Positions 8,526 through 16,965 of a stretch of 23,165 bases of DNA are shown here, piece by piece. Below the pieces are notes generated by a model, which was not told the origin of the DNA, did no database searches, and saw nothing but the letters and a program-made list of their open reading frames with translations. Position 1 is the first letter of the stretch; each line of letters begins with the position of its first letter. The translations under genes and the position numbers were made by a program. The stretch comes from Elusimicrobiota bacterium (lineage in GTDB: Bacteria > Elusimicrobiota > Elusimicrobia > Elusimicrobiales > UBA9959), in NCBI GenBank assembly GCA_027340875.1, contig DAIENX010000052.1, forward strand, positions 1 to 23,165, written 5' to 3'.

Positions 8526-8662
8526 GTTGTTCTCCTGTTAACGAAATAGGGTTACGACAGTTTTTCCCTCACGCCTATAATTATAAATAATTTTACCGGC
8601 AGTCTGGCACCCCCCTGCCCTCCCGGCGCGGCCGGGCGCAGGTTTTTGTAGAATATCTGTCT
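8526..8662. promoter_or_regulatory. Divergent promoter region between serC and the PEP-binding protein
   Basis: AT-rich island. TATAAT on the minus strand (8580-8585) and TAGAAT on the plus strand (8649-8654), 8 nt before ATG 8663. The -35 elements are weak. Confidence 0.55.
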
Positions 8663-11614
8663 ATGGAGAACAACAAGCGCGCTGGCGACTACGAGGTGGA
8701 ATTCGGCGGATTCGAGAAGCTGATGCCGCACAGGATAAAGAACGTCCTGCTGGTGGCCTCGCTCTACGACTCCTTCCTGCTGGCCGACGACGACCGCCTT
8801 AACGAGGCGCTGTTCGGGGAGATGCTGGACTCCTCCCCGCGCTCGGCCCCGCGCATAACCCGCGTTTCCACGGCCGAGAAGGCGCTGGAAAAGCTCAAGC
8901 GCGGCTCCTACGACCTGGTCATAGCGATGATCCAGGTGGGCGAGACCGACATGGGGGACTTCTTCAGGAAACTGAAGGCCACGAAGCCCGGCCTCCCGGT
9001 GGTCCTGCTCTCCTTCAACACCCAGGACATCTCCAGCATACCCGAGGAGGCCTGCGCGCTGGCCGACGGCCTGTACCTCTGGAGCGGCGATACCCGCATC
9101 TTCTCCGCGATAATCAACATAATCGAGGACGCGCAGAACTTCGAGCACGACTCCCAGGTGGGCGTGCAGGCCGTGCTGCTGGTGGAGGACAACATCAAGT
9201 TCTATTCCTCCTACCTGCCGACGATCTACTCCGAACTGATGAAGCAGACGCAGATCGTCATGGCCGAGGAGCTCAATCCCGCCAAGAAGATGCTGCGCCT
9301 GCGCGCGCGGCCGAAGGTGCTGTTCTGCAGCACCTACGAGGAGGCCTGGGCGCTGTACGAGAAGTACAAGTCCAACCTGCTCGGCGTGATAACCGACATC
9401 GAGTACCCGAAGGGCGGCTCCTCCACCTCAGAGGCCGGCCTGGAACTGACGCGGCGCATCAAGGCCGATACGCCGGACATGCCGGTGCTGCTGCAGTCCT
9501 TCAACATGTCCTTCGCGGCGAGCGCCGCCGCGCTGGAGGCCTCCTTCATGCACAAGGCCGCGCCGGACCTCTCGAAGCAGCTGCGCGCCTTCATCGTCCG
9601 CTATTTCGGCTTCGGCGACTTCATCTTCTCCGACGCCTCCGGCGCCGAGCTGGCCAGGGCCTCGGACCTGGGCACGATGCTGAAGCTGCTGCAGATAGTG
9701 CCGGTGGAGTCGGTGCTCTACCACGCCGGGCGGAACCACTTCTCGAAATGGCTGTTCGCCCGCACCGAGTTCGAGATGGCCTACAACATCAGGCCCAAGA
9801 AGATATCCGAGTTCGGGAACCCGGAGCAGCTGCGGAAGTACCTGGTGGAGACGATGCACCAGTTCATCTACCACACGCAGCTGGGAACGGTCCTGAAGTT
9901 CGACAACAAGCTGTTCGACGACTCCACGCCGCTCTCGAAGATAGGCGGCGGCTCGATCGGCGGCAAGGCGCGCGGCCTCGCGTTCGTGGACTTCCTGCTC
10001 TCGAAGACCGACATCGAGAACCGCTGGCCGGGCATCACTGTGACGGTCCCGAACACGGTGGTGATAGGCACGGACGTCTTCGACTTCTTCATAGAGCAGA
10101 ACGGTCTGGACTCGCTGGTGAACGAGAACAACACCAGCGAGGAGACGGCGGCGCTTTTCGAGAAGGCCAGGCTGCCGGACTACGTCAAGCGGGACCTGGA
10201 GGTGCTGGTCACGCGGCTGAAGGGACCGCTGGCGGTGCGCTCCTCCTCGCTGTTGGAGGACTCGAAGACGCAGCCGTTCGCCGGCGTCTACAAGACCTAC
10301 ATGCTCCCGAACAACTCGCCCGACCCGGCGCAGCGCCTGCAGGACCTCTCGCACGCCATCAAGCTGATCTACGCCTCCGTGTTCTCGCAGGAGGCCCGCG
10401 CCTACCGCAGGCTCAACCCGTCGCTGATAGACGACGAGAAGATGGCCGTGGCCATCCAGCGGGTGGTCGGCCGGGCCCACGGCCCCGACGGGCGCTTCTA
10501 TCCGGCCTTCTCCGGCGTGATGCAGTCCTACAACTTCTACCCGGTGCCGCCGCTGGAGGCGACCGACCCGATAGTGCATATCGCCCTCGGCCTGGGCAAG
10601 ACCATCGTGGAAGGCCACAACGCGCTCCGCTTCTCCCCGGCCCATCCGCACAACCTGCACCAGTTCTCCACGATCACCGACTTCCTGACCAACTCGCAGA
10701 AGAAGTTCGTCGCGCTGCGGCGGGACAGGAGCGAGGGAAGGCTGGGCTACAACTCGGAGCCCGCGCTGGAGGAGGCGGGCATAGACGAGGCCGAGACCGA
10801 CGGCACGCTGGAGCTGGTAGGCTCGACCTATTCGGCCGAGAACGACAGGGTGTACGACAACGTCTCCTCGCCCGGCCGCCGCCTGATAACCTTCGCCCCG
10901 GTCCTGAAGAACGAGGTGCTGCCGCTGTCGGAGATACTGCAGACCCTGGCCGAGCTGGGCAAGGACGCGATGGGCGCCAACATAGAGATGGAGTTCGCCT
11001 GCGACTACGACGTCGAGTCAGGGAACGCCGTCTTCAACATACTCCAGATGCGCCCGATGGTGGCCCGCAGCGCGGTCAAAAAGGTCTCGATGAAGGACCT
11101 CCGCCGGGAGAACCTGCTCTGCCTGACGAAGCAGGCCCTGGGCAACGGCTCCATCAAGAACATAACCGACCTGATCTACGTCATCCCGGAGAAGTTCGAC
11201 CGGATGAAGACCCTCGATATCGCCGATGAGATCGGGGCGCTGAACGCCAGGCTGCGCGACGAGAAGCGCTCCTACATAGTCATCGGCCCCGGCCGGTGGG
11301 GCTCCAGCGATCCGAGCCTCGGCATACCGGTCAAATGGAACCACATCTCCGGCTCCAGGATAATCATCGAGGCGGCGTACGGCGACTTCACGGTGGACCC
11401 CTCCTACGGCACGCACTTCTTCCACAACGTGACCTCCCTCGGCATAGGATACCTGACCGTGAACGAGACCGGCCCGGATTCCTTCATAGACTGGAAGCGT
11501 CTGAAAGGGCAGAAGCCGGTGCAGGAGCTCTCCTACATCCGTCATCTCCGGTTCCAGTCGCCGCTGGATATACGGATAGACGGTTCGGAGGGCCAGGCCG
11601 CCATCTCGCTGTAG
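8663..11614 (+). CDS. PEP/pyruvate-binding (PPDK_N, PEP-synthase-like) domain protein with N-terminal receiver-like domains
   Basis: Receiver-like segments (VLLVASLYD; VLLVEDN...VITDIEYP...PVLLQS). Nucleotide-binding region GSIGGKARGL, LAVRSSSLLED, FAGVY, MAVAIQ, ALGLG, EMEFA, ILQMRP. C-terminal GPGRWGS...GTHFF. Confidence 0.88.
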   Translation: MENNKRAGDYEVEFGGFEKLMPHRIKNVLLVASLYDSFLLADDDRLNEALFGEMLDSSPRSAPRITRVSTAEKALEKLKRGSYDLVIAMIQVGETDMGDFFRKLKATKPGLPVVLLSFNTQDISSIPEEACALADGLYLWSGDTRIFSAIINIIEDAQNFEHDSQVGVQAVLLVEDNIKFYSSYLPTIYSELMKQTQIVMAEELNPAKKMLRLRARPKVLFCSTYEEAWALYEKYKSNLLGVITDIEYPKGGSSTSEAGLELTRRIKADTPDMPVLLQSFNMSFAASAAALEASFMHKAAPDLSKQLRAFIVRYFGFGDFIFSDASGAELARASDLGTMLKLLQIVPVESVLYHAGRNHFSKWLFARTEFEMAYNIRPKKISEFGNPEQLRKYLVETMHQFIYHTQLGTVLKFDNKLFDDSTPLSKIGGGSIGGKARGLAFVDFLLSKTDIENRWPGITVTVPNTVVIGTDVFDFFIEQNGLDSLVNENNTSEETAALFEKARLPDYVKRDLEVLVTRLKGPLAVRSSSLLEDSKTQPFAGVYKTYMLPNNSPDPAQRLQDLSHAIKLIYASVFSQEARAYRRLNPSLIDDEKMAVAIQRVVGRAHGPDGRFYPAFSGVMQSYNFYPVPPLEATDPIVHIALGLGKTIVEGHNALRFSPAHPHNLHQFSTITDFLTNSQKKFVALRRDRSEGRLGYNSEPALEEAGIDEAETDGTLELVGSTYSAENDRVYDNVSSPGRRLITFAPVLKNEVLPLSEILQTLAELGKDAMGANIEMEFACDYDVESGNAVFNILQMRPMVARSAVKKVSMKDLRRENLLCLTKQALGNGSIKNITDLIYVIPEKFDRMKTLDIADEIGALNARLRDEKRSYIVIGPGRWGSSDPSLGIPVKWNHISGSRIIIEAAYGDFTVDPSYGTHFFHNVTSLGIGYLTVNETGPDSFIDWKRLKGQKPVQELSYIRHLRFQSPLDIRIDGSEGQAAISL

Positions 11615-11626
11615 GCCGCCCGGGCG

Positions 11627-11662
11627 AAAAAAAGGGCCCGCAGAAGCGGGCCCTTTCATTTT
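11627..11662. terminator. Bidirectional Rho-independent terminator
   Basis: Perfect 11-bp stem AAAGGGCCCGC (11631-41) / GCGGGCCCTTT (11646-56) flanked by A- and T-rich tracts, between convergent genes. Confidence 0.9.
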
Positions 11663-11675
11663 AGATCACGGTACG

Positions 11676-12905
11676 CTAGAAACCATCCTTGGTATAGCGC
11701 TCCAGCAGCTCGCGCGCCAGGCCGCCTTCAGGATTGAGCCTCAGCGCCTCGTCGAGGGAAGCCTTGAAGTCCGCCTCGAGGCGGGCCCGGCCGCGAAGGC
11801 GCGGCCCTTCCACCGCGCGCAGCGCCGCCAGCGAGGCGGCCTTCAGCGCGTACGCCTCGCCGAGGAATCTGGAAGGTTTAACAAAAGGTATCAGGTTCCC
11901 GCTCCTCTGCGCCTCGGCGATCACGGCGGAGGAATCTCCGTACGCCTTATAGAGCAGCCTGGAGGCCTCTTTCTGGTCCTCTCCGGCGGCGGCCAGGGAA
12001 GCCCCCTCCTGAAAATCCGTCTCGGCCAGCTGCCGCCTGGCGTCGATCATCCCCGGGAACTGCACCAGCGCGCCGCGGTAGAAGGCCCTGGCCTGCGGAT
12101 AATCCTTCTTGACGAGCGAGGCGTTGCCGCGCACCGTCATCTCCACGGCCTTCCTGAAAGCCTCGTCCGAAGCGGTCCTGGCGCTGAACGCCGCTATATC
12201 CGCCCGGCCCTGCGGGTCCTTAAGGGCGTCCGCGGCGGCCACCTCGGCGGCCGAGGACAATTCCTGAGGGGCGTGCTTCTTCAGCGACGGGTCGGAGGCG
12301 TTCAGCTTGTCCAGCTCCCCCTTGAGCTCGCTGACCTTAGAGGACCCCGCGGCATAGGAAGCGGCCTTCTCGAAGAGCGTTTCCGGGGACCTGTTCAGGC
12401 TGAGGTAAGCCTCGGACTCTATCCAGGGCAGGGCCGAAGCCCTGGCTTCCAGCGCCGCCAGCAGGGAGCAGTACCTGGTCCCCGCGTCCTTGGAGGCGAG
12501 AAGTTCCTGGGCCTGCGCCGCCATAGCCTCGAGGCCGCCGGTGTCGCCGAGGGCCCCGTAAAAGTTGGTCAGCGACTCGCGGGCGGCCCAGTTCAGCGGC
12601 GCGCCGGCGAGCGCCTTGCGCAGCGCGGCGACATGCAGCTCCTGCGCGCCCTGGAAGCCTGTGTTGGCGGAGACCTCGGCCAGGCGGCTTAACAGGTCCA
12701 CCGCCGCTTCCGAGCCGGGAGCGTAGTTCAGGGCCTTGTCCACGGAAGCGAAAGCGGCCTGCAGCTCCTGCGGGGCGGGATTGCGGGCTTCAGCGGTACG
12801 GCGCGCCTTGGAGAGATAATAGCCGGCGGCCTTCTGCCTGACCAGGCCGCAGCCCGAGAGCAGCAGGACGGCCAGAGCCGCCAGTCCAAGCCGCCGGGAT
12901 CTCAT
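11676..12905 (-). CDS. Putative lipoprotein with alpha-helical/TPR-like repeats
   Basis: MRSRR + hydrophobic stretch + lipobox LLSGC. TPR-like segments (DKALNYAP, YRGALVQFP, DEALRLNP). Start overlaps the upstream stop. Confidence 0.8.
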   Translation of the reverse strand: MRSRRLGLAALAVLLLSGCGLVRQKAAGYYLSKARRTAEARNPAPQELQAAFASVDKALNYAPGSEAAVDLLSRLAEVSANTGFQGAQELHVAALRKALAGAPLNWAARESLTNFYGALGDTGGLEAMAAQAQELLASKDAGTRYCSLLAALEARASALPWIESEAYLSLNRSPETLFEKAASYAAGSSKVSELKGELDKLNASDPSLKKHAPQELSSAAEVAAADALKDPQGRADIAAFSARTASDEAFRKAVEMTVRGNASLVKKDYPQARAFYRGALVQFPGMIDARRQLAETDFQEGASLAAAGEDQKEASRLLYKAYGDSSAVIAEAQRSGNLIPFVKPSRFLGEAYALKAASLAALRAVEGPRLRGRARLEADFKASLDEALRLNPEGGLARELLERYTKDGF

Positions 12906-13399
12906 GCGAAGCTCTCCGCTTTGATTATCCTGCCGAAGTAGAGCGTGTGCAGGTCCGCCGGGGCGGGGTAGTACCGGCCCAGCGCCGGCTCGGCCACGGC
13001 TCCGTCCTTAAGATCGGTCCTGCCGCAGACCTCGCAGAAATAGACCAGCTCGCAGCCTTCCAGGTATTTCACCCCTCCGGCGCCTTCGGCGGCTTTCAGG
13101 CCGCAGGCGCGTATCTTGTCGTAGTCGCGGCCCGACTTGGAGCCGCAGAAGGCGAGCTCCTTCTTCAGCTCGCCGCGGCGCGGCACGCAGACGCTGAAGG
13201 TCTTGGCCTTCTCCAGCAGGCCGTGGGTGTAGCGGGACGGCCTGACCAGCACCGTCATGACGGGCTGGCCCCAGATCACTCCGGCCTGCGCCCAGCCTAT
13301 GGTCATCGCGTTGACGCGGCCGCCGCTCTCGACCACGAGGAAGGCGCCGGGCCCCTCGAGGGCCTCGCAGAGCTTCCCGAAATTCTCGTCGTACCTCAT
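12902..13399 (-). CDS. Flavin reductase (flavoredoxin-like) family protein
   Basis: NAMTIGW, G+IWG.P, VLVRPSRYT, FSVCVP, FCGSKSGRDYDK, HTLYFGRI. Confidence 0.9.
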   Translation of the reverse strand: MRYDENFGKLCEALEGPGAFLVVESGGRVNAMTIGWAQAGVIWGQPVMTVLVRPSRYTHGLLEKAKTFSVCVPRRGELKKELAFCGSKSGRDYDKIRACGLKAAEGAGGVKYLEGCELVYFCEVCGRTDLKDGAVAEPALGRYYPAPADLHTLYFGRIIKAESFA

Positions 13400-13417
13400 A
13401 AATCATACCACCCGTAA

Positions 13418-13572
13418 GGGATTGACCGGGGGATGGGACCGGAGGGCCCTCGCGCAGGGTGAGGCTTGCGCAGCGCCGAACCCGGGTGGAGCGAAAGCGA
13501 CACCGCTGCGCGGGAGCGCGGCCACTGTGTGGCCGATAGCGTGCCAGACGGGTCCATCCCCCGGTCGGTCCC
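13418..13572. repeat. Structured intergenic element with terminal inverted repeat, element 2
   Basis: Perfect 13-bp GACCGGGGGATGG 13424-36 / CCATCCCCCGGTC 13554-66, enclosing GCGCAGCG 13468-75/CGCTGCGC 13504-11, GGTG-GA-GCGAAAGC-GA-CACC and GGCCAC-TGT-GTGGCC 13520-34. Confidence 0.72.
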
Positions 13573-13577
13573 GCCCA

Positions 13578-14609
13578 CTAGACCCCCGTCCAGTCCAGGA
13601 TTATCTTGCCGGACTTGCCGGAGGACATCACCTCGAAGCCCTCCTTGAAGTCCTTCGCCGGAAAGCGGTGGGTGATTATAGGCTTGATGTCCAGGCCGCT
13701 GGTCAGCATCGCGCACATCTTGTACCAGGTCTCGAAGATCTCGCGGCCGTAGATGCACTTCATCGTCAGCGCCTTGAAGATGACGTTGCCCCACGGTATC
13801 GTGGTGTTGGGCGGCAGGATGCCGAGCAGCGCCAGCTTCGCGCCCATCTTGACGTTGGCTATCATGTCGTTGAAGGCCTGGGCGTTGCCGCTCATCTCCA
13901 GGCCCACGTCGAAACCCTCGGTCATCTTCAGCGCCTTCATCACGTCCGGCAGCTTCTCGCGGCGGGAATCGACGACGGTCCTTATCCCCAGCTTCGAGGC
14001 CAGCTGCATCCGGTAATCGTTGACGTCGGTTATCACCACGTGGCGGGCTCCGACGTGGTTGGCTATGGCTCCCGCCATGATGCCTATGGGACCAGCGCCG
14101 GTGATCAGCACGTCCTCGCCTATCAGGTCGAACGACAGCGCGGTATGCACCGCGTTGCCGAGCGGGTCGAGGATGGCGGCCTCGTCGTCCGAGACGCCGT
14201 CGGGGATGGAGAAAACGTTCTCGGCGGGGATAGAGAGGTACTCGGCGAAGCAGCCGGGCCGGTTCACTCCGACGCCTTTCGTGTTTATGCAGAGGTGCCG
14301 GTGGCCCGCCTTGCAGCTGCGGCAGTGGCCGCAGACGATGTGCCCCTCGCCGGAGACGCGCTCCCCGACGAAGTGCCCCTTCACCGCTTTGCCCAGCGCC
14401 GCTATCTCGCCCACGAACTCGTGGCCGACGTGCATAGGCACCGGGATGGTCTTCCGCGCCCAGTCGTCCCACTGGTAGATGTGGACGTCGGTGCCGCAGA
14501 TGGCCGTCTTCCTGATCTTGATGAGGACTTCGTTGTCCGCCGGCTCGGGCTTGGGCACGTCCTCGAGCCACAGGCCTTTCTCGGGTTTGGCTTTGACAAG
14601 GGCTTTCAT
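13578..14609 (-). CDS. tdh: L-threonine 3-dehydrogenase
   Basis: [71 protein letters not shown]+[23 protein letters not shown] before ATG 14609. Confidence 0.96.
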   Translation of the reverse strand: MKALVKAKPEKGLWLEDVPKPEPADNEVLIKIRKTAICGTDVHIYQWDDWARKTIPVPMHVGHEFVGEIAALGKAVKGHFVGERVSGEGHIVCGHCRSCKAGHRHLCINTKGVGVNRPGCFAEYLSIPAENVFSIPDGVSDDEAAILDPLGNAVHTALSFDLIGEDVLITGAGPIGIMAGAIANHVGARHVVITDVNDYRMQLASKLGIRTVVDSRREKLPDVMKALKMTEGFDVGLEMSGNAQAFNDMIANVKMGAKLALLGILPPNTTIPWGNVIFKALTMKCIYGREIFETWYKMCAMLTSGLDIKPIITHRFPAKDFKEGFEVMSSGKSGKIILDWTGV

Positions 14610-14652
14610 GGTGGTTCCTCCGCCGTTATCCTGGCAGTATGCCAACGCCTAC

Positions 14653-14681
14653 ATTATAGCGATTTTAGCGCACGGCGGCAG
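14653..14681 (-). promoter_or_regulatory. Putative sigma70 promoter of tdh
   Basis: Perfect TATAAT (minus strand, 14653-58) with a weak CTGCCG -35 element 17 nt upstream. Confidence 0.5.
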
Positions 14682-14686
14682 GCGAT

Positions 14687-14711
14687 AAAAAAGACCGGCG
14701 GTACCGGCCTT
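14687..14711 (-). terminator. Rho-independent terminator downstream of the alpha/beta hydrolase
   Basis: Minus strand reads AAGGCCGG-TACCG-CCGGTCTT followed by a U-run (one G.U pair). Confidence 0.6.
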
Positions 14712-14746
14712 CGGTGCGTCCGCGCGGCCGCATCGCGGCCGTCCGC

Positions 14747-16063
14747 TCACGGGCGCCGCAGCAGGTCGTCCCAGACCTTGCCCTCGGTGCTGTAGCCCTC
14801 GTGGCCGCTGTCCGGGAAGGCCGTGTACTCCACGAGCCCGCCCAGAACGGAAACCTCTTCCCTGAAAGTATCCACCGGCACGAAGGTGTCCTTCCGGCCG
14901 GCATACAGATACAGTTTCAGCGAGGGATTCTCGGCCAGCGAGGTCCTGACCGCGTCGAGCGTCAGCGGGTCTATCCCTGTGACCGAGTCCAGAAGGGAGT
15001 CCAGGCGCTCGTTCTTAACCGCGGCTATAATGCGGCATTCGTTCACCGGCCAGAGGTCCGGGTCGTCTCCGGCCGCCCTCAGCCGGCGGGAAGCCTCGGC
15101 GCATTCCGCCACGTCGCTGGCACCCTTGTTTATCTCGACCTTGTTGATCACGGAGCTGGGCAGTTTGGAGCGGGTGAAATCGGTAGCATAGACCAGCAGG
15201 AAACCGTTCATCATGTTGTCGCTGTACTCGTTCTGCTGTGAGAGGGTGTCTATCCACCAGTGCATGTCCTCCCAGGAATTCCGGAAGCCGAGAGGATGCC
15301 TTATGGCGTCTATCATGGCCGGACCGCATATGGTACTGCCTTCGTCGGTAAAGCACTTGTCCGGAGGGATCCTGGCGCGGATAGTCTCCAAAAGCTGCCT
15401 GTCCTGCGGGTATCCGCGGAAATAATCGTCCGCTACCCGGTCCTGCGAAAGGATACGCTCCTTCATCCATTCCACCTGGTCGGTCATCACCGCGTAGCCG
15501 TGGGAATACGCCGCTTCCAGCGACCCCGGCGCCACTGCCAGATAGCGGTGCACTATCAGGCCGCCGTAACTTTGGCCGAATATGCGCCATTTGCCGTTCC
15601 TGCCCAGGAGCTTTCTCCTGACAGCTTCCGCGTCATGCACGATGGCGCGGCTGGTGTATCCGGTCAGCCGGCGCGCCGTTTCGCGGCTCTCTCCCGGGGG
15701 ATAGGGCGTGGAACAGCCGGTCCCGCGCTGGTCCATGAAGACGAAATCTACGCCGGCGGAACGCGGATCCGATGAGAGCTTGCGGTACAGACCGTGACTG
15801 TCCGACGAGGGGCCGCCGTTGAAAACGGCCACCACGGGGTTCCCTGAACCCGGGCGCAGCCTGCCGTAATAGAAGACCTCTATCTTTTCTCCCTGCGGTT
15901 CGTCCCAGTTCTCCGGTACGGAAACGTGACCACGCACATAGTTGTCCGGCAGGGAAGAGATGAGCTCCTCGCAATCGTTCTGCGCGAGAGCGGCGGAAAC
16001 GCCGAAGAGGCTTCCGGCGAGGAAAATAAGGGGCGCGATGCGTGTCGTTAGTCGGTGTCTCAC
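14747..16063 (-). CDS. Secreted alpha/beta-hydrolase, proline iminopeptidase/tripeptidyl-peptidase (S33)-like
   Basis: Signal peptide, VPENW, FNGGPS, MDQRGTGCS, DAEAVRRKL, GQSYGG (nucleophile), GRKDTFVP (Asp), DSGH (His). GTG start. Confidence 0.88.
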   Translation of the reverse strand: MRHRLTTRIAPLIFLAGSLFGVSAALAQNDCEELISSLPDNYVRGHVSVPENWDEPQGEKIEVFYYGRLRPGSGNPVVAVFNGGPSSDSHGLYRKLSSDPRSAGVDFVFMDQRGTGCSTPYPPGESRETARRLTGYTSRAIVHDAEAVRRKLLGRNGKWRIFGQSYGGLIVHRYLAVAPGSLEAAYSHGYAVMTDQVEWMKERILSQDRVADDYFRGYPQDRQLLETIRARIPPDKCFTDEGSTICGPAMIDAIRHPLGFRNSWEDMHWWIDTLSQQNEYSDNMMNGFLLVYATDFTRSKLPSSVINKVEINKGASDVAECAEASRRLRAAGDDPDLWPVNECRIIAAVKNERLDSLLDSVTGIDPLTLDAVRTSLAENPSLKLYLYAGRKDTFVPVDTFREEVSVLGGLVEYTAFPDSGHEGYSTEGKVWDDLLRRP

Positions 16064-16413
16064 CAGCTAAAGTATAGCTTTCGGATATCGGGAACGACAG
16101 GGTCTTTGGTCCGCCAGTTCAGAGTCAATGGGCCTATGCGTCCCGGCCCTTCCATCCCCGGAATATCCCACGGTAAGCGGAACCGCCTGGAAATGCGCGC
16201 GTTCCGGCATAGCGCTATACGCCGGCGCTGAAAAGCCGGTACCTGGTGGACCATCCGGTCGCGGGACCCGGATATGGAGACATGTCGTATTGTCGCCGAA
16301 CCGTTACGCCGGCAAGGCCGCCATCATGGCAGGTTCAGCCCCTCCCCGCCCAGTGCCGTCCTCGTGACGCCCGCGCCACGGGCCGCTTGGGACCAGGAAT
16401 CGGGAGCGCGCAG

Positions 16414-16965
16414 TTATTTGCGACCGACCTTGAGCCGGAACGACTTCAGGAACCCGTGCCAGACCTTGGCGCCGTCATAAGTGGAGTCCGGCAGGTCGTC
16501 CTCGTAGGAGTAGCTCAGCACGAAGTATCCCGAACGCGCAGGAACTACGCAGAACTCCTCATCGGCATAAGAGGCCGGCCCGCCCATGTCCGGCAACGGC
16601 AGGGAGACGGCCGCCTTGCGCTTGTAAAGCATAACCTTCTGGCCGGCCACCGCCACGTGCCCCAGCTTGCCAGGGGCCTTTCCGTCCGCGGAGCGTACCT
16701 CCAGGCCCACCAAGAAGTCAGCGGCCTTCTTGTAGCGGGATTTTTCGCCTCCTGAAAGGCGTACCGTTATCCTGTGCAGGCCATACTTTAGCACGGCCTG
16801 CGGATCCCCCTGGTTCCGGGAAAAGGTCTCCTTCCAGCCCTCGGGCAGGACGTAAGAGGCCGCCGAAGTTATCTGGTCTTTTGGCATAATCGTTTTCGCC
16901 TTCGGCGCCGTGGCGGGCGCTGCGCCCATCAGCAGCAGAACCGGGATGAACATAATACGCTTCAT
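16414..16965 (-). CDS. Secreted hypothetical protein
   Basis: MKR + hydrophobic signal peptide, LPEGW motif, ends FLKSFRL. ATG overlaps the upstream TGA. Confidence 0.78.
   Translation of the reverse strand: MKRIMFIPVLLLMGAAPATAPKAKTIMPKDQITSAASYVLPEGWKETFSRNQGDPQAVLKYGLHRITVRLSGGEKSRYKKAADFLVGLEVRSADGKAPGKLGHVAVAGQKVMLYKRKAAVSLPLPDMGGPASYADEEFCVVPARSGYFVLSYSYEDDLPDSTYDGAKVWHGFLKSFRLKVGRK

Noticed and set aside
9428..11229. 410-aa minus-strand and 493-aa alternative-frame ORFs
   Set aside because: Fully inside the 983-aa gene, with Arg/Gly/Pro-rich shadow composition.
13466..13512. Element 2 as SRP RNA or tRNA
   Set aside because: It lacks the SRP domain IV CAGG...GGAA...AGCAG pattern and has no T-loop (GTTCRA) or cloverleaf.
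13257..14795. 512-aa plus-strand and 391-aa minus-strand ORFs over tdh
   Set aside because: They overlap an unambiguous tdh and have no domain signal.
16064..16413. 350-nt spacer with several short ORFs
   Set aside because: No RBS-supported ORF, convincing long stem or recognisable gene remnant.
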